A DNA stretch of 64,000 nucleotides from NCBI GenBank assembly GCA_030704615.1, contig CM060733.1, positions 14,260,001 through 14,324,000 on the forward strand. The letters run 5' to 3'. Positions 1-12,640 of this stretch are shown piece after piece. The DNA is from Takakia lepidozioides. Lineage: Eukaryota > Plantae > Bryophyta. Position numbers and translations under genes: made by a program. Each line of letters begins with the position of its first letter. Position 1 is the stretch's first letter. Under the pieces are notes generated by a model. It saw nothing but the letters and a program-made list of their open reading frames with translations. It did no database searches and had not been told where the DNA came from.

Positions 1-939
1 GCCTCCGAAACATAAGGCACGAATCCAGGTGGCCACAGAACCAATCCAAAACATCACAAGGGCCAAATTACGAGCGAAGCTGAGTGTGCAAAGAAGTAGA
101 AGAGAGAGAAACTCGAACTGAATGGAGCCATAAAGAACCCATCACAAACATACGACTAGGAGGACATACAGACAGAGGAGAGCAAACCCACGTTACACAG
201 CAAGTGACTAGGATCAACGAGGTCTAAATGCATGCACTGTGAACACAGCATCTGGACGAAAATATCTTGTTGTTGGGACACTTTCATAATTCGCTGGAAA
301 CATTTGTCCCATGTCGTTTGAACCCGCCCACACCAGCAGCAACTACATATAGCATGGCCCGACAAAGACATCACAGTAGCGCAGCGGCTCAACGGAGAAT
401 GAATAGATGCGGAAGCTGTACATTAGAGATGCAATGAAAGCATAGATGATGCTTTTGAAGTTGCAACTTTATTCACGCTTCAAATCAGTTCGGTGTGCTG
501 GTTCCTGTAAATGTCCCTTCCTTCTTGGCCATCTTACCCCATCGAGACTGTGAGCAGGTTTACAAGATGTGCCCTGCTTTATATCACGAACGCTTCTTGT
601 GATGGGCAAACAATACAGATTTGGCTTTGACATCAATGATAATTGCTAACAGAAAGGGCCACAAGGACTTTTACACATTTGAAAATTAAATCTCATGTTC
701 TGTGTCAGGCAAGTTTACCTCCCGAAGTAATTCGGCTTTGCTTAAAGCACCACCATTGTCCATGGCTCAAAAAAAAATTGTAGTGACATAACATGTTATG
801 AATCATGCCTAGTATCAACTGTGGATTTAAGAGGGTGTTCTGAATTCTTCCTCTTCAAGAAAGAAGCAAGTAGGTTTTCCCTGCGGAGACTGGCTGCTGT
901 GCTGATTTCAAACATAAAGTAGTCTCAAGGTGTGGGGTC

Positions 940-3900
940 TCAGAAGAGAGCCCGGAGCTTGGTCGCTTCAGCTGCCATTTCTGCAAAGGTGCGGTCTTTT
1001 CGGTCCTGGTCTAGGTCCAGATGCTCTGCCAGCTCCTTCTCCTTGTCGTCCATCTACAAGCATACACAATTTCCAATGTGCCGAGTTTTAGTGGAAATAG
1101 ACATGTTCATATTGTAGAGTGTGAAAGGTTAATCTGAGTACATGATGTAGAACCAGATAATGAAGTCAAGGAGCTTCCGCTGTCAGTGGTAAGATCATTA
1201 CCACATCATAGACTTCGTCATTATTCTTGAAGTCACCTCCCTTTCTGGGCAAAATGTGTACATGGACATGCGGCACCGTTTGGCCTGCTTGTGGGCCATC
1301 CTGCAGTTAAAGCAGGTATACACCCCACATTAGTACCACCCTCAGCGGATTGTTTATGTAATCATCTCACAAGTAGGGAGCTTAGAAGACAGCAACCTTC
1401 ATGAAGTATGTGGCTGGATTAGCTTACAGAAAGAACCGATCCCAGTTTCTTACTATCCCAAATACGTCCTGTTTGAAGGAAGGTTACAGTAGACCAAGTG
1501 CAGGCCACAACTTGGATGCTTGTTGGCCTACAAATCTGTGGAAGGGTCAGGTGATGCCGCAGAGCTCCAAACCCTGCAACAGAACCTAAGGAGTGGCCTC
1601 TGTTGGAGTGTTTGTTCACTTCAGTGTAACTAGTGCTCCTTGAATAGCAAGCTGGATACTTGCTATTCATGTCATGACAGAAAGGTTCAGATAGAAATAG
1701 CAAGTTGGACATTTGCTAGACATGCACATATCTGTTAGTCATGACGGACAGAGGACAGACAAAGGAGTTAAGGTAGGAATAGCACAAGGACTTCAAAAAG
1801 AAATATCTAAATTTGAGATCTGTATACTTAAGTAGGCATTCAGGCCATTTAGGCCACTCTCTGAAATAAATCGAGTCTCTCCTGTATGAAGTGTGAAACT
1901 TGTCTCCGCTTACATTGCTTGTATGTTTGTAGGTTCAAGCGTACTCATCATCTTTCCTCCTGTGAAAGTCCTCAAGCGAAGTGTCACCATGAGCTCTGGT
2001 GCAACCACCAGCTCTGGGAGCAATTCAGGTCAACAGCGTCCTGGTGGCGGACAGACACTTACTAACTCTTGCTTTCATCCATCAGAAACAGCATGCGCTT
2101 ACAGTGGCTGACAACAAAGATAAAATAAACATAAAGAAGATATCAGGGCTTAGAGAGACCGGGACCTGGATGGCAAAAGTCAAGGATGATGCCTTGAAAA
2201 AGGGCTCCAGCTTCTGCCCAATGCGCTTGGCAGTTAACCACAAGTCAGAAGCCTCCTCTGAAGTAAGGTCAAGGAATCGCGGTACCAGTCTCCGAGAAGC
2301 CACCAGCACATGTTTGGTGTCTAAGTCAAGGCATCATACTCTGTCATACTCCCTCCTAACTTTTTCCAACATCATAAACTCACCTTTTGCTACTTCTCTC
2401 TTAGCATCCTTTCACAAACCAATCATACTGTTCTTTGTTCCCTTATGGTTGCTGGACCTCCCCTGATAGATTTTGATCATGGATCAATCGGCATGCAGGT
2501 AGTCCTGCGCATGTAGCCGCATGCTTTCAAAGCCTGCAATTACAATAGTGAGAGTTCTAAGTGGTCTATAAACACCCCCAATGTATGCATTGTGATGCAC
2601 TGGCAAGTTCACTACAGATCCAGCTTGAAATTCAACTCTCCTTCCTGCCCAAAGAGAGTAATTGAACGACATGGCCTGTCGAGATTGTCTTCACTACCTC
2701 AGGAGATGCAGGGGCTGTTTCCCCAGCATATGCTGAAGTCTGTGCTCTATTCAGAGAACCTCTTAGATCATGCATCATTATTACTGCATCTGGGTAGAAA
2801 GCCAGCACAGAGAAGCTGGGTCCTCCAAATACCCACATGCATGAACATGGAGGGGATATGACCTGCACCACATGCACACACACACACAAAGAGGAGAACA
2901 AGTGTTCAGCTGTGCCGGTCTGACATCAAAACAAACAAGAATTTATCACCAACTTATAATGCACTTTGACAACCATTGAAAGTGTTCAACAGTGCCAGTG
3001 CCACATCCTGTCAGTGGTTTCATCAGTGTGGACCACTATCATCGCTCTCTATGCATCTCCAAATGTCGTTGGAAAGAACTCCATGAATGATCATACACTT
3101 GAAGCAGGGAAAATCGCAACAATCAATAAACAAAGTTTACAGAGGGCCCCCATATACAAAAGAGAAACAACGGGAGCAACAGCCGAGAGAGAGCCTACTG
3201 GAGAGGAAGGAATAAAAGCTAGGGTTCTGACAACTTACCAGGAACAACCGGACGTAAATTGACGAACGCATATGAATGTGGCGTGACTACAAACACCTCA
3301 CTCGCATCTATCTTATACGATCCAAAGTAGAATGTCTCTTTTTCCATCTGCCAACAAAACCGTATGTCTCTTTAGCAATCCAGCTGGGAAAGGAATCATG
3401 CCTCTCTGAACGCTGAGCAGGTTTAAATCGGACAGCAACCAATTGAAGAAATATACCATTGGAAAGCCTAGTAAGAGTTGAACCATGTAACATTCACCGC
3501 CAGCCATTGCTCAGATGCCAAAATTTGCAGCAATCTACCCTACAAGGTGGTGGCTGGCAAGACTCGAAAGGAGTTGCATTCTTTCGAAATCTAGGGTATG
3601 TTTCCTAAAGCACGTACCTTTGAAGACACCTCTAGCGAGCAGTCGATAGTGCTCATTCTCAAGTTCCTGCTTGCTCTCGCCGCACGGAATCCACGCTGAT
3701 CGCCGGTGCCACTGGAAAATCTTGTGGGAGACTCGTAACCCAGCCAAGAATCTAGAAAATATGAATAGAACAGTAAATGACTACGGATCCTCACACTGTG
3801 AAATGCTCCCGAGCAGTCTATCTGGGATCATTTCACAACGTAGGAAGTGGGGAGAATTTCAACTGATTGTCATAGGAACGCTCTTTCTAGACCAACAAGT

Positions 3901-4199
3901 ACCCTTCTTTAACCCTCCAACCACAGAAGGATGTCCAAGTCCCAGCAACCAACGATGTCATCTTTCTACAGAGAAACTCCATAGCAAACAAACCCAGAAG
4001 CCCTCAATATCCCAACTGAGGCAACTGCAGATGTACCTGGTGACAATGCAGCCCTCAGCGTCAGACCTCGACACACCCAGGAGCAAATCTTTTGAGGGCG
4101 AGGCGACGGTGATCCTTCACAGCGAGCTGACAAACAGCGTACTGAAGGTGGGCATCCGCAATTTGCAAGCCTTGCCAAGAACCCACAACTCGCAAACAT
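940..4199 (-). CDS. FHIT: Bis(5'-adenosyl)-triphosphatase (FHIT, HIT family), 7 exons, probable N-terminal organellar transit peptide
   Basis: Exons 4199-4037, 3751-3618, 3347-3239, 2862-2860, 2311-2166, 1300-1202, 1053-940, with consistent splice phases. The spliced product reads ...[49 protein letters not shown]...[35 protein letters not shown]...RALF*, containing the HxHxH HIT triad. The first two exons (Ser/Arg/Ala/Cys-rich) are less certain. Confidence 0.93.
2312..2859 (-). other. U12-type (minor spliceosome) AT-AC intron in FHIT
   Basis: 5' end ATATCCCCT (U12 consensus ATATCCTT). Branch-site-like CCTTGAC at 2331-2325 lies 14 nt from a terminal AC at 2313-2312. Removing it restores the conserved PGHVLV. 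Confidence 0.85.
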
Positions 4200-4329
4200 G
4201 TCATACGCATCAAGACTCGAGAAACAACAGATCGCGCGACTGCATAGGTATACGTATACATATGTGTACATGAATTGAATACGTATTCGTTAATTATAAT
4301 ATACCTGTGTCTCATGGATACGAAGCAGA

Positions 4330-4562
4330 ATGGAGGTGATCAGAGACAAGGAAAAGATGCGAGACTGGACACGCGCACAAAGAAAGGCAGGGGGCCGTAT
4401 AGCTCTATGTCTTCATGCGGGTCACTTGTCGCTGATCAGTGAGGCTAAGCTGCATGCCACAAAGGTGGTGGTGTCAGTGTACGTGAATCCCACCCAGTTT
4501 GCGCCGGCAAGGACCTTTCCACTTATCCCCGTGATTTTGAGGGCGACTTACTCAAGCTCCAG
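4330..4562 (+). pseudogene. panC: Pantothenate synthetase (pantoate-beta-alanine ligase) first-exon relic
   Basis: [52 protein letters not shown], then after a frameshift [18 protein letters not shown] followed by a GT donor. The HxGH motif is present but VPTMG is deleted. No downstream PanC exons were seen. Confidence 0.85.
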
Positions 4563-5396
4563 GTGTGTATTCTGCTTGTGTGAATGTGCATCCCAGTCAC
4601 TCTCACACACACATTTACCAGGCCTGCTTTGGTCCAATTTTCCGAGCCTCTTGCCACTTACCTGGTGGCAAATATATAAAATTGTCCAGTGCTTTTCGTA
4701 TCCTGGTCAATGGAAACCCGAGAAGCATGCCCACCAGAAAGCTGCCTACCGTTACTTTGGATGCTGTCCATGCGGACATAGTGTACCTTGACCTGCCCCA
4801 GCAAGAGGGTTATTGCAGTCAGAAGAGAGAGCGGTCTCTGTAGTATTCTCAAGAGACAGCAACCCTCAAAAGAACTTCATATGTGTGTTTGCTGATTGTG
4901 CACCAATGGTGTGTAACTGTTGCTCTTCCATGCAAAACTAATTTACATTGTTCAATTCTTCAGTTTTGTTCCACAAAATACAATCCCAATATGCAAAGAG
5001 ATGGTTGCAATAGTCTTTCTTCCTCTGGTGAAACTGTGAGGTGATCAGTTCAGTGGACAACTGCTGCTGATTCCCTCAGTCCAATACCTATGTCAGCATG
5101 AATTGCTTCATTCTCTGTCTGCTATAGCTGAAATTCAAAAAACACCAGAAATTGGTTGATACATTTGTGGTAATATGCCTCTTTTTGCCTGGAATAGTAA
5201 CACCACCATTTGGTTAGTAAAGTACAGAAGTATCCTTGATCTACATGAAGGATCATGGGCTTACTCACTTCCAAGTTAATAAGACTACAAGCAAGATGAA
5301 GGGCCCCATCACCTATAAAGTAAGTTCTCGATGTTCGAGTGATGCAGGATCGCAGGGTCAAATCTTGCACAATCGTTTGAATCGGGCGGATCCACT

Positions 5397-8173
5397 GTGA
5401 CCACTTCTTTTGAAAGAAGACCAGGAGATGGGGGCAACAAGAACTTTTCTGGTGCGAGTGGGGATGTGAGGACATTATGTAAGGCCGGACAACTGAACGA
5501 GGCACTGCACATTTTGAGCCAACAAGGCATTTTGGCAGACTCAAATGCTTACATCAGTCTCTTGCAGGAGTGCATCAAGATGAAAGGTCTAACAGAGGGA
5601 AAGCAGGTGCATGCCAACATTGTCCGAAGTGGCTTCCAGCCAAACATCTTTCTACTGAACACCCTTGTCAACATGTATGCAAAGTGCAGGAGCATGAGGG
5701 ATGCACGCGAGGTGTTTGACAAAATGGCTGAACGAGATATGTTTACTTGGAATATAATGATAGCAGGATATGCCAAGCACAGGTGCAGTAGGGAGGCTTT
5801 TGAGATCTTTGAGCAAATGCAACGGGAAGGGGTGATGCCGGACAAGGTCACATTCATTTGTGTTGTCAACGCATGTGCCAACCTAACAGCCCTGGATAAG
5901 GCCAAAGAGGTCCATGCTCACATCATCAAAGCTCAGATTGTGCCAGATATTATTCTGGAGACTGCCCTGGCTAACATGTATGCCAAATGCGGGAGCATCA
6001 AGGATGCCCGGCAAGTGTTCAATAATATGGTTCAACGAAATGTAGTCTCATGGAATGCAATGATCACAGGGTATGCTCAGCATGGGTGTGGTAGAGAGGC
6101 TTTGGAGATCTATGAGGAAATGATACAGGAAGGGGTGATGCCGGACAGGGTCACATTTATTTGCATTCTCAATGCATGTGCCAGCCTGGCAGCCCTGGAA
6201 AAGGGAAAAATGGTCCATGCTGACATCATCAAAGCTGGGATTGGACCAGATATCATTCTGGAGACTGCCTTGGCGAACATGTATGCCAAATGTGGGAGCT
6301 TGAAGACTGCACGGAAAGTGTTTGACAAAATGGCTCAAAGAGATGTGGTCTCATGGAATGCCATGGTCTCAGGATATGCCCAGCATGGGTCTGGTAAGGC
6401 TGCTTTGGAGATGTATGAGCAAATGAGATGGGAAGGGGTGAAGCCTGACAGAGTCACATGCATTTGTGCTCTCAATGCATGTGCCAGTCTGGCAGCCCTG
6501 GAAAAGGGCAAAGAGGTTCATGCTGGTATTGTTAAGGCGAGAATTCTTCCAGATATTATTCTGGAGAACGCCCTTGTTGACATGTATGCCAAATGTGGGA
6601 GTATGAATGATGCACGCCAAGTATTTAACAGTATGGCTCAGCGAAATGTGGTGTCAGGGAGTGCAATGATAGCAGGATATGCTCAACATGGGTATGGTAG
6701 GGAGGCATTTGAGATCTATGAGCAAATGATATGGGAAAGGGTGATGCCTGATAGGGTCACATTCACTTGCATTCTCAATGCCTGTGCCAGTCTGGGAGAC
6801 CTGGAAAAGGGCAAAGAGGTGCATGCTGACATCATGAAAGCTGGAATTGGGCTAGATTCCATTCTAGAGACTGCCCTACGTCTAGTGTTTGACAGTATGG
6901 CGCAAAGAGATGTGGTGTCATGGAACGCCATGACCTCAGGATTTGCACAGCATGGGTGTGGTAGCGAGGCCTTGGAGATCTATGAGCAAATGCTACAGGA
7001 AGGAGTGAGGCCCGACAGGATCACGTTCAGTTGCGTTCTCAATGCATGTGCCAGCCTTGCAGCCTTGGAAAAGGGCAAAGAGGTCCATGCTGACATCAGC
7101 AAGGTGGGCATGCAGATACCATCCTGGAGAATGCCCTTGTTGACATGTATGCGAAGTCTGGGAGCATAGCGGATGCACGTCAAGTGTTTGACAGTATGGA
7201 TGAACGAAATGTGGTGTCGTGCAGTGCGATGATAGCCGGATATGCTCAGCATGGATGTGGTAGGGATGCTCTCCAACTATTTGAAACAATGAAACAGGAC
7301 GGCTTGAAACCAAATGCTGTCACCTTTATATGTCTTCTCTCGGCATGTAGCCACGTGGGCCTAGTGGATGAGGGCTGTCACTACTTTGGGTCCATGAGTC
7401 GAGATCATGGCCTCACTCCTACTGTGGGACATTTTGGCTGTGTGGTGGACCTTCTTGGCCGTGCAGGGCGATTGGATGAGGCAGATGACTTCATTAACAA
7501 AATGCCACTTGAGCCAGGTGTGGAGGTGTGGGGGGCCTTTCTTGGTGCGTGCAGAATTCATGGTGATGTGGAGCGAGCAGAACGTGCAGCAAAATGCCTT
7601 CTCAAGCGGGATCCACAGCATGCTTTCACTTATGTGCTGCTATCGAATATTTATGCTTCAACTGGCAGGTGGGGGGATAGAAATGAGGTGATGAAACTGA
7701 TGGAAGAAAGAGGTCTCAGAACAGAGCCGGAGCGCTGCTGGATTGAGATCAACAAACGACTGCATACATTTGCTGTAGAGGAAAAACTGCATCCTCAAAT
7801 TGAGGAAATCCATGCTGAGCTGGGGAGATTGTCTTTGAGGATGAAGGAGGCTGGGTGTATGCCTGACATGCACTTTGCATGGCATGATGTGGAAGACATA
7901 GAGGAATTTTCAGTATGTCACCACAGCGAGAAGTTGGCCATTGCCTTTGGGCTCATCAGCACACCCCCTGGGGCACCTCTCCGCATCACTAAGAACCTTG
8001 GGGTGTGTGGTGACTGTCACATCACTACCAAGTTCATCTCCAAAATCATTGGGCGAACACTTGTTGTACGGGATGCCAACTGCTTTCACCACTTCCAAGA
8101 GGGGGTTTGTTCTTGTGGGGATTTCAACGTGCATGAATTTATCGCTGCAAATTTGAGGGTGGAACTTTCATGA
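5397..8173 (+). pseudogene. PLS-E-DYW PPR RNA-editing factor, frameshifted
   Basis: ORFs 5397-7169 and 7145-8173 encode L-S-P triplets, P2-L2-S2, E1/E2 and a DYW domain (HHSEKLA, CGDCH). Lesions: a 13-codon deletion near 6878, a frameshift near 7110-7115, PG box EPERCW, and the terminus CSCGDF+NVHEF... instead of DYW*. No ATG opens the ORF. Confidence 0.88.
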
Positions 8174-8652
8174 TCTAGGACTGTATTTGCAAGCAAGAAA
8201 TTTATTTCAAAAAAATGATTCATGCCATTCAATGAGACAGTACTATACCTCCTGTTGGCGGCCGAGGAGACTTTAGTAGGATCATTGAAAAGTAGTCGGG
8301 AAGTTATGGAAAGCCTTGTTTCAGAGCAGCACAAGTAAGAAAAGTTGTGTAGAAAACTTGCTATGGGGCTGGGAAGTCCTGCCCTGAAAATCCTGCAAGA
8401 ATGGGGTTGTCAAGAGGTTAGCAAATACTAGGTTTTTGAAAGTGATTCTGTTTCCCATCCAGTACCTTGTTACCAGCAACTTTGCTCCAACTTGCAGTCA
8501 AGACGAGTCGGCATTTACTTTGCCTTCAAAGATCTCATAGGTAAGACTTGGTGTATTTTGGGGAGGGGGGGGGCATTTGATACAGTAATTTCTCCCTTTT
8601 CCTTTATGGCGTTGCTTGCCTACTAAACTAATAACACATGTTTCACCCAAAT

Positions 8653-8866
8653 GAAAACACGAGTACACACTAAATAGATGCCTTGATTGCCTCCACTTTA
8701 CATGTACATCGTACCACATGGATAGAAGGTTGATATGGGCTACTTTTACAGGGCTGGTTTAGGTAATGTATCATGCTAGTTTGGGGCAGAGGTGTAGAAG
8801 ATGTGTACGATGTACATGTAAAGTGGAGGCAATCAAGGCATCTGTTTGGTGTGTACTCGTGTTTTC
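8653..8866. repeat. 62-bp inverted repeat with a 90-bp spacer (hairpin or MITE-like)
   Basis: 8653-8714 is the reverse complement of 8805-8866 with two mismatches. Confidence 0.85.
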
Positions 8867-11774
8867 CTTTGGTCCTCTGTTAAATAAGCTCTCAAGATGG
8901 GTCTCCGCAGAACAGCTAATGGTACTAGTTGCCTAGCTTTAGTGAAAGATAGCTGCAGTTGTGTGATATATCCTTGGTAATCTGCCTGTCTCTAATGTGC
9001 TTATGATATTGCAATCGCAGGAGAGCAGTCAGTGGGCAGACCATCGTTCAATGTCCCTGCACAGCATCAACGGATCGCTGCCTAGATACTATGAGGATGA
9101 GGAGGGGATTGTGGGGCGAGTGAGGGTGATATGGTTGATGAGGAGGAGAGATGGGGGACCGGCAGCCATAGAAGTGACCCCTTTATGGTTTGCAATGGAC
9201 TTGACCATGCCGACTCCCAGGGTTTTACCAAAATCAATATTAGGCTGAGGTAAGACTAATGTCTAGTGAGTTTCCATTGGAAATGTTGATGTGATGGTTT
9301 GGTACTGAATTCTATTGTACCTTGATGCTCCCTCATGTCTTGCTGTCTTCAGTCGGTAAATAGCCCTCAATCACCCTATAGTGAAATCAAGGCACCAGTA
9401 AGCCCTTTAACAAGCCAGGAAATGAATCACTCTCCCCCTTTCTCTGAATTGAAGTTTTATGGTTGTGGTGGAGTTTGGTTGTTTGGGGCCTTACTCCTTT
9501 TGTTTTTCTCTGCAGTAGCTCTCTGAGCTTCGTATGGAAGTTACAAAATTTCTTTTGTATTTCTTTCTTTCTCTCTCTCTGTCTCTCTCTGGTTTTACTG
9601 TGTTGTTCTATTTGCTTGGCCCAATCGGGTGAACAAGATCTATTTCTATTTTTTGCTTGTGTTAATATGCTTGAACTAGGAGGTCTTGAATTGAAAGATT
9701 CAATTCCAAGAGAATTTGGTGGTCAAACATACCGGATTTGATGAATGTCAGAGGCATTAGTGCTTAAAGGAGGGGAAATGGTGCCATCCAGAGCCAGTTT
9801 GATGGTGCCTCTTTTGCCTATGAGGCTAATGCATATGGAGGACGGCTCTTCTTTTTTCGATCATTACAGCTTGACGGAGCTTGGTGTGTAACCTTGTTTA
9901 GGAACTTGAAACTCACACTGACATTTTATCCCATGTAACAAATGTTATATCTGGCCAATCTAGATATTCTGTTATAAATTCCACTCTTTATGGTTTTGTG
10001 TTTGAGGAAGAAGGCAGGAGTTTTTGTGCCCATTCAAGTCATGTGTGATCTCTAGGTGAAGAAGCAACAGGAAAGGTTTTCCTTTTTACTGGATCTTACT
10101 GTATTCACATCTATTTGTCTTCTCTTCTCATCGGATATCTCAAAATACATGTTCACACGTGTACTCTGGATTTCTTTGGCAGATATCTTATCAACTGGCT
10201 AATCAATGGGCTTCTGAAGCTGCGACATCCTGCACAGATGGACTCTCACGGGGTGCATCTTGTCCATATTTATGGTCCTCGAGTGAAGTTTGACCGAGGC
10301 GCATCAGTAGCCTTCAATCTTTTGACTGGAAAGGGGCACTTTTGCAACCAGGCATAGTGCAATGCTTAGATGACCGAAACAACATCTCTCTGGGCTTGGG
10401 CACGCTCTGCAGTATTGTCTTCCCCGAGGGCTCTACCGACTTGCCGGTAGTGATGTTATCTCTCTGAGCATGCTCTAAATGTTTCAGTTGTGGGAATGTA
10501 TCATCATGAGATCCATACAAAAATATATGTTGAGAGGACGTGGGCAGGAGCTGGCGTAATACACACGCAGACATACATATATAAATGTATGCGGAGAGAG
10601 GGAGAGAGAGAGACATTATAAGGACGATACAGGGCCCTAAGGGCCTATGCATAGAGAGAAAGAGAAGAAATCTAGAAAGTCCACGCAATAGAGAGGTCGG
10701 CCGGTGGTACATGAGGGATGAGGGAGAAGGGTTATCAATTTTTGTTGTTCTGAAGATCAGGGTAGCCCTTGTTTTTGAGAGATGCACCCATTTGATGCTT
10801 AATATAGCCCTGTATATTGACCCCACTGGCTGGTTTGGTTGAAACAAGGGGAGGGGCTTGGGATGGTCTGTTTCTCTCAATGTGAAAGACATATCGTCCT
10901 CATGAGGTTTTTAGTTACTAGGGGAGAGAGAAAACGAAAAAGAGAAATGTATTACGTCAGAGTTCAAGGGTCTACGGGGGAGATTATGATATGTACATCA
11001 GACTATGCTGGCTGCTAGTACGTTTGGGTGTCGATGCAATTAAACCTGGGAGTTCTTCCTTACCCTTTGAGTTATATTATCAACTACTGTGTGGCCATAT
11101 ATCCTGTGCTTGCTTTCAAAGGAGCACAGAAGGGGAGGGGACATAATGCTTTCAGAAGTCCATAGCTCAAGCACAGTTTGAGCATTTTTAAATATGACCA
11201 TTGGTGCATCTATTGTGACAATCTGGAACCATCCACCTTTTAACATGCATTAGAGAATTTTTAGAAAAATATGGAGAGTACCATGGATGGACATCAATTG
11301 GCCAGATTTTGGTCCACCCAACCTGGTATTCATTCCACAACTATAATTGTCTGTTTTCGGTGTTGGGCTTAGAGATAATTTTATTTTTGAATGCTTGACA
11401 CTCTATACAATTTATCACGCCTTTGATTATAAAAAATAAAAAATAAAAATTATCTCAAGTATACACATGAGTAAAATCTAGAAATCAAATAGTGGATTTC
11501 TTGTCTCCTGGTTATTCTCCCGCCATGGCTTCCCTATGCTTCGAATTGAACCACCTCCTTTCTTTGGCCCTGGCTGGGTTTTACTCCTGTCTCCCAAGCT
11601 GTCTCCCATTAATTCACACAAAATGGCCTCCTCAAGCTCCTACAGCCCCACTCCCCCCCTCCACACACCCTCTCATAGCCTTCCGCTCTTTTTTCATCAT
11701 CTCCCTCCCCCTTGCGATCTCTTCCCTGGCGCCCTGATCTCGGAATCTCCCCCTCGCTGCTTCGCAATTTGGCG

Positions 11775-12640
11775 ATGGCTTCTTTTATTTCGGCAGTCCC
11801 CCATCATCAACGCCGGGAACACAACAACCGTCGTGAACCCAGGCGTGACTCCAGAATCAGGAATGGAGGTTCAGCAAGGAGACAAGGCAATGATGGTCCT
11901 GGGGTTCTTGGACCCAGACCAGCGCCTGCTCATGAGGCCCCTCCCATGCAAATGTGGAGTGAAGCTACGGGGTCTGTTGATGAAAACCAACCCATCCTGG
12001 CCCTAGACATGGATTTGATTAAGGAGCATTCTCTACAGCTGAAGGAACAAGGTATTCTAGTGCATTTTCCTGGGAGAGCGAGAGATCGACATTGGGCTAG
12101 AAAATGGGCCCATGAGCATCTCGGGGGTGCTGGCGGTCTCACCCACCACTTCTGCATTCCTCTGGGGCGAGGATTTTACTCCATCATGTTTGGCTCGGCG
12201 AAGCTTGCAGAGAGAGCGCTCAAATTTAATACTGCTAGATCCAGATATTGTGTTAACATCTTCCCTTGGTCCCCGGACTGGGGGCACAAGGATGGAGTTA
12301 CATGTAGGCCAAGGATGATTGCACTCCCTTTCCTCGATCGGAGCGCATTTCGGGGCTTTTGTCGGTGCTATTCAACCAAACGACTTTTAGTTCAGCGACC
12401 CCCGCAATGCAGACCACGATTCCGCTACTTATGATGGGTACAGGGACAGTGGCATTCCGCGGATTGTTGTGATTATGCCGGAAAGCACCAAGCTCCCTAG
12501 CTCCATCAAGCTCCCCACTTTGGACAAAAGCTTTGTCTCTGTCATTATCAAGGAAGAGATTTTGTCAACTGTTTGCCACAGATGCCACAAGGAGGGACAT
12601 GTTCTTGCGGATTGCCCAGATGCTGCAAAATGTGCGTTCA
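11775..12640 (+). mobile_element. L1/LINE ORF1-like region (DUF4283-like plus CCHC zinc knuckle), frameshifted, no ORF2 following
   Basis: ILVHFPGR..WARKWA..IPLGRGFYSIMF..A.RAL..VNIFPWSP resembles DUF4283. CHRCHKEGHVLADCP is CX2CX4HX4C. Confidence 0.7.

Noticed and set aside
2312-2322. Conventional AG acceptor at 2322-2321 for FHIT
   Set aside because: It is in frame but replaces the conserved PGH with PDTKH. The micro-exon plus AT-AC model fits the consensus and U12 signals better.
4570-5340. PDF motifs upstream of the first PPR gene
   Set aside because: I looked for WWDN and PDFKHK coding sequence and found none. Only the short linker is shared with the second PPR gene.
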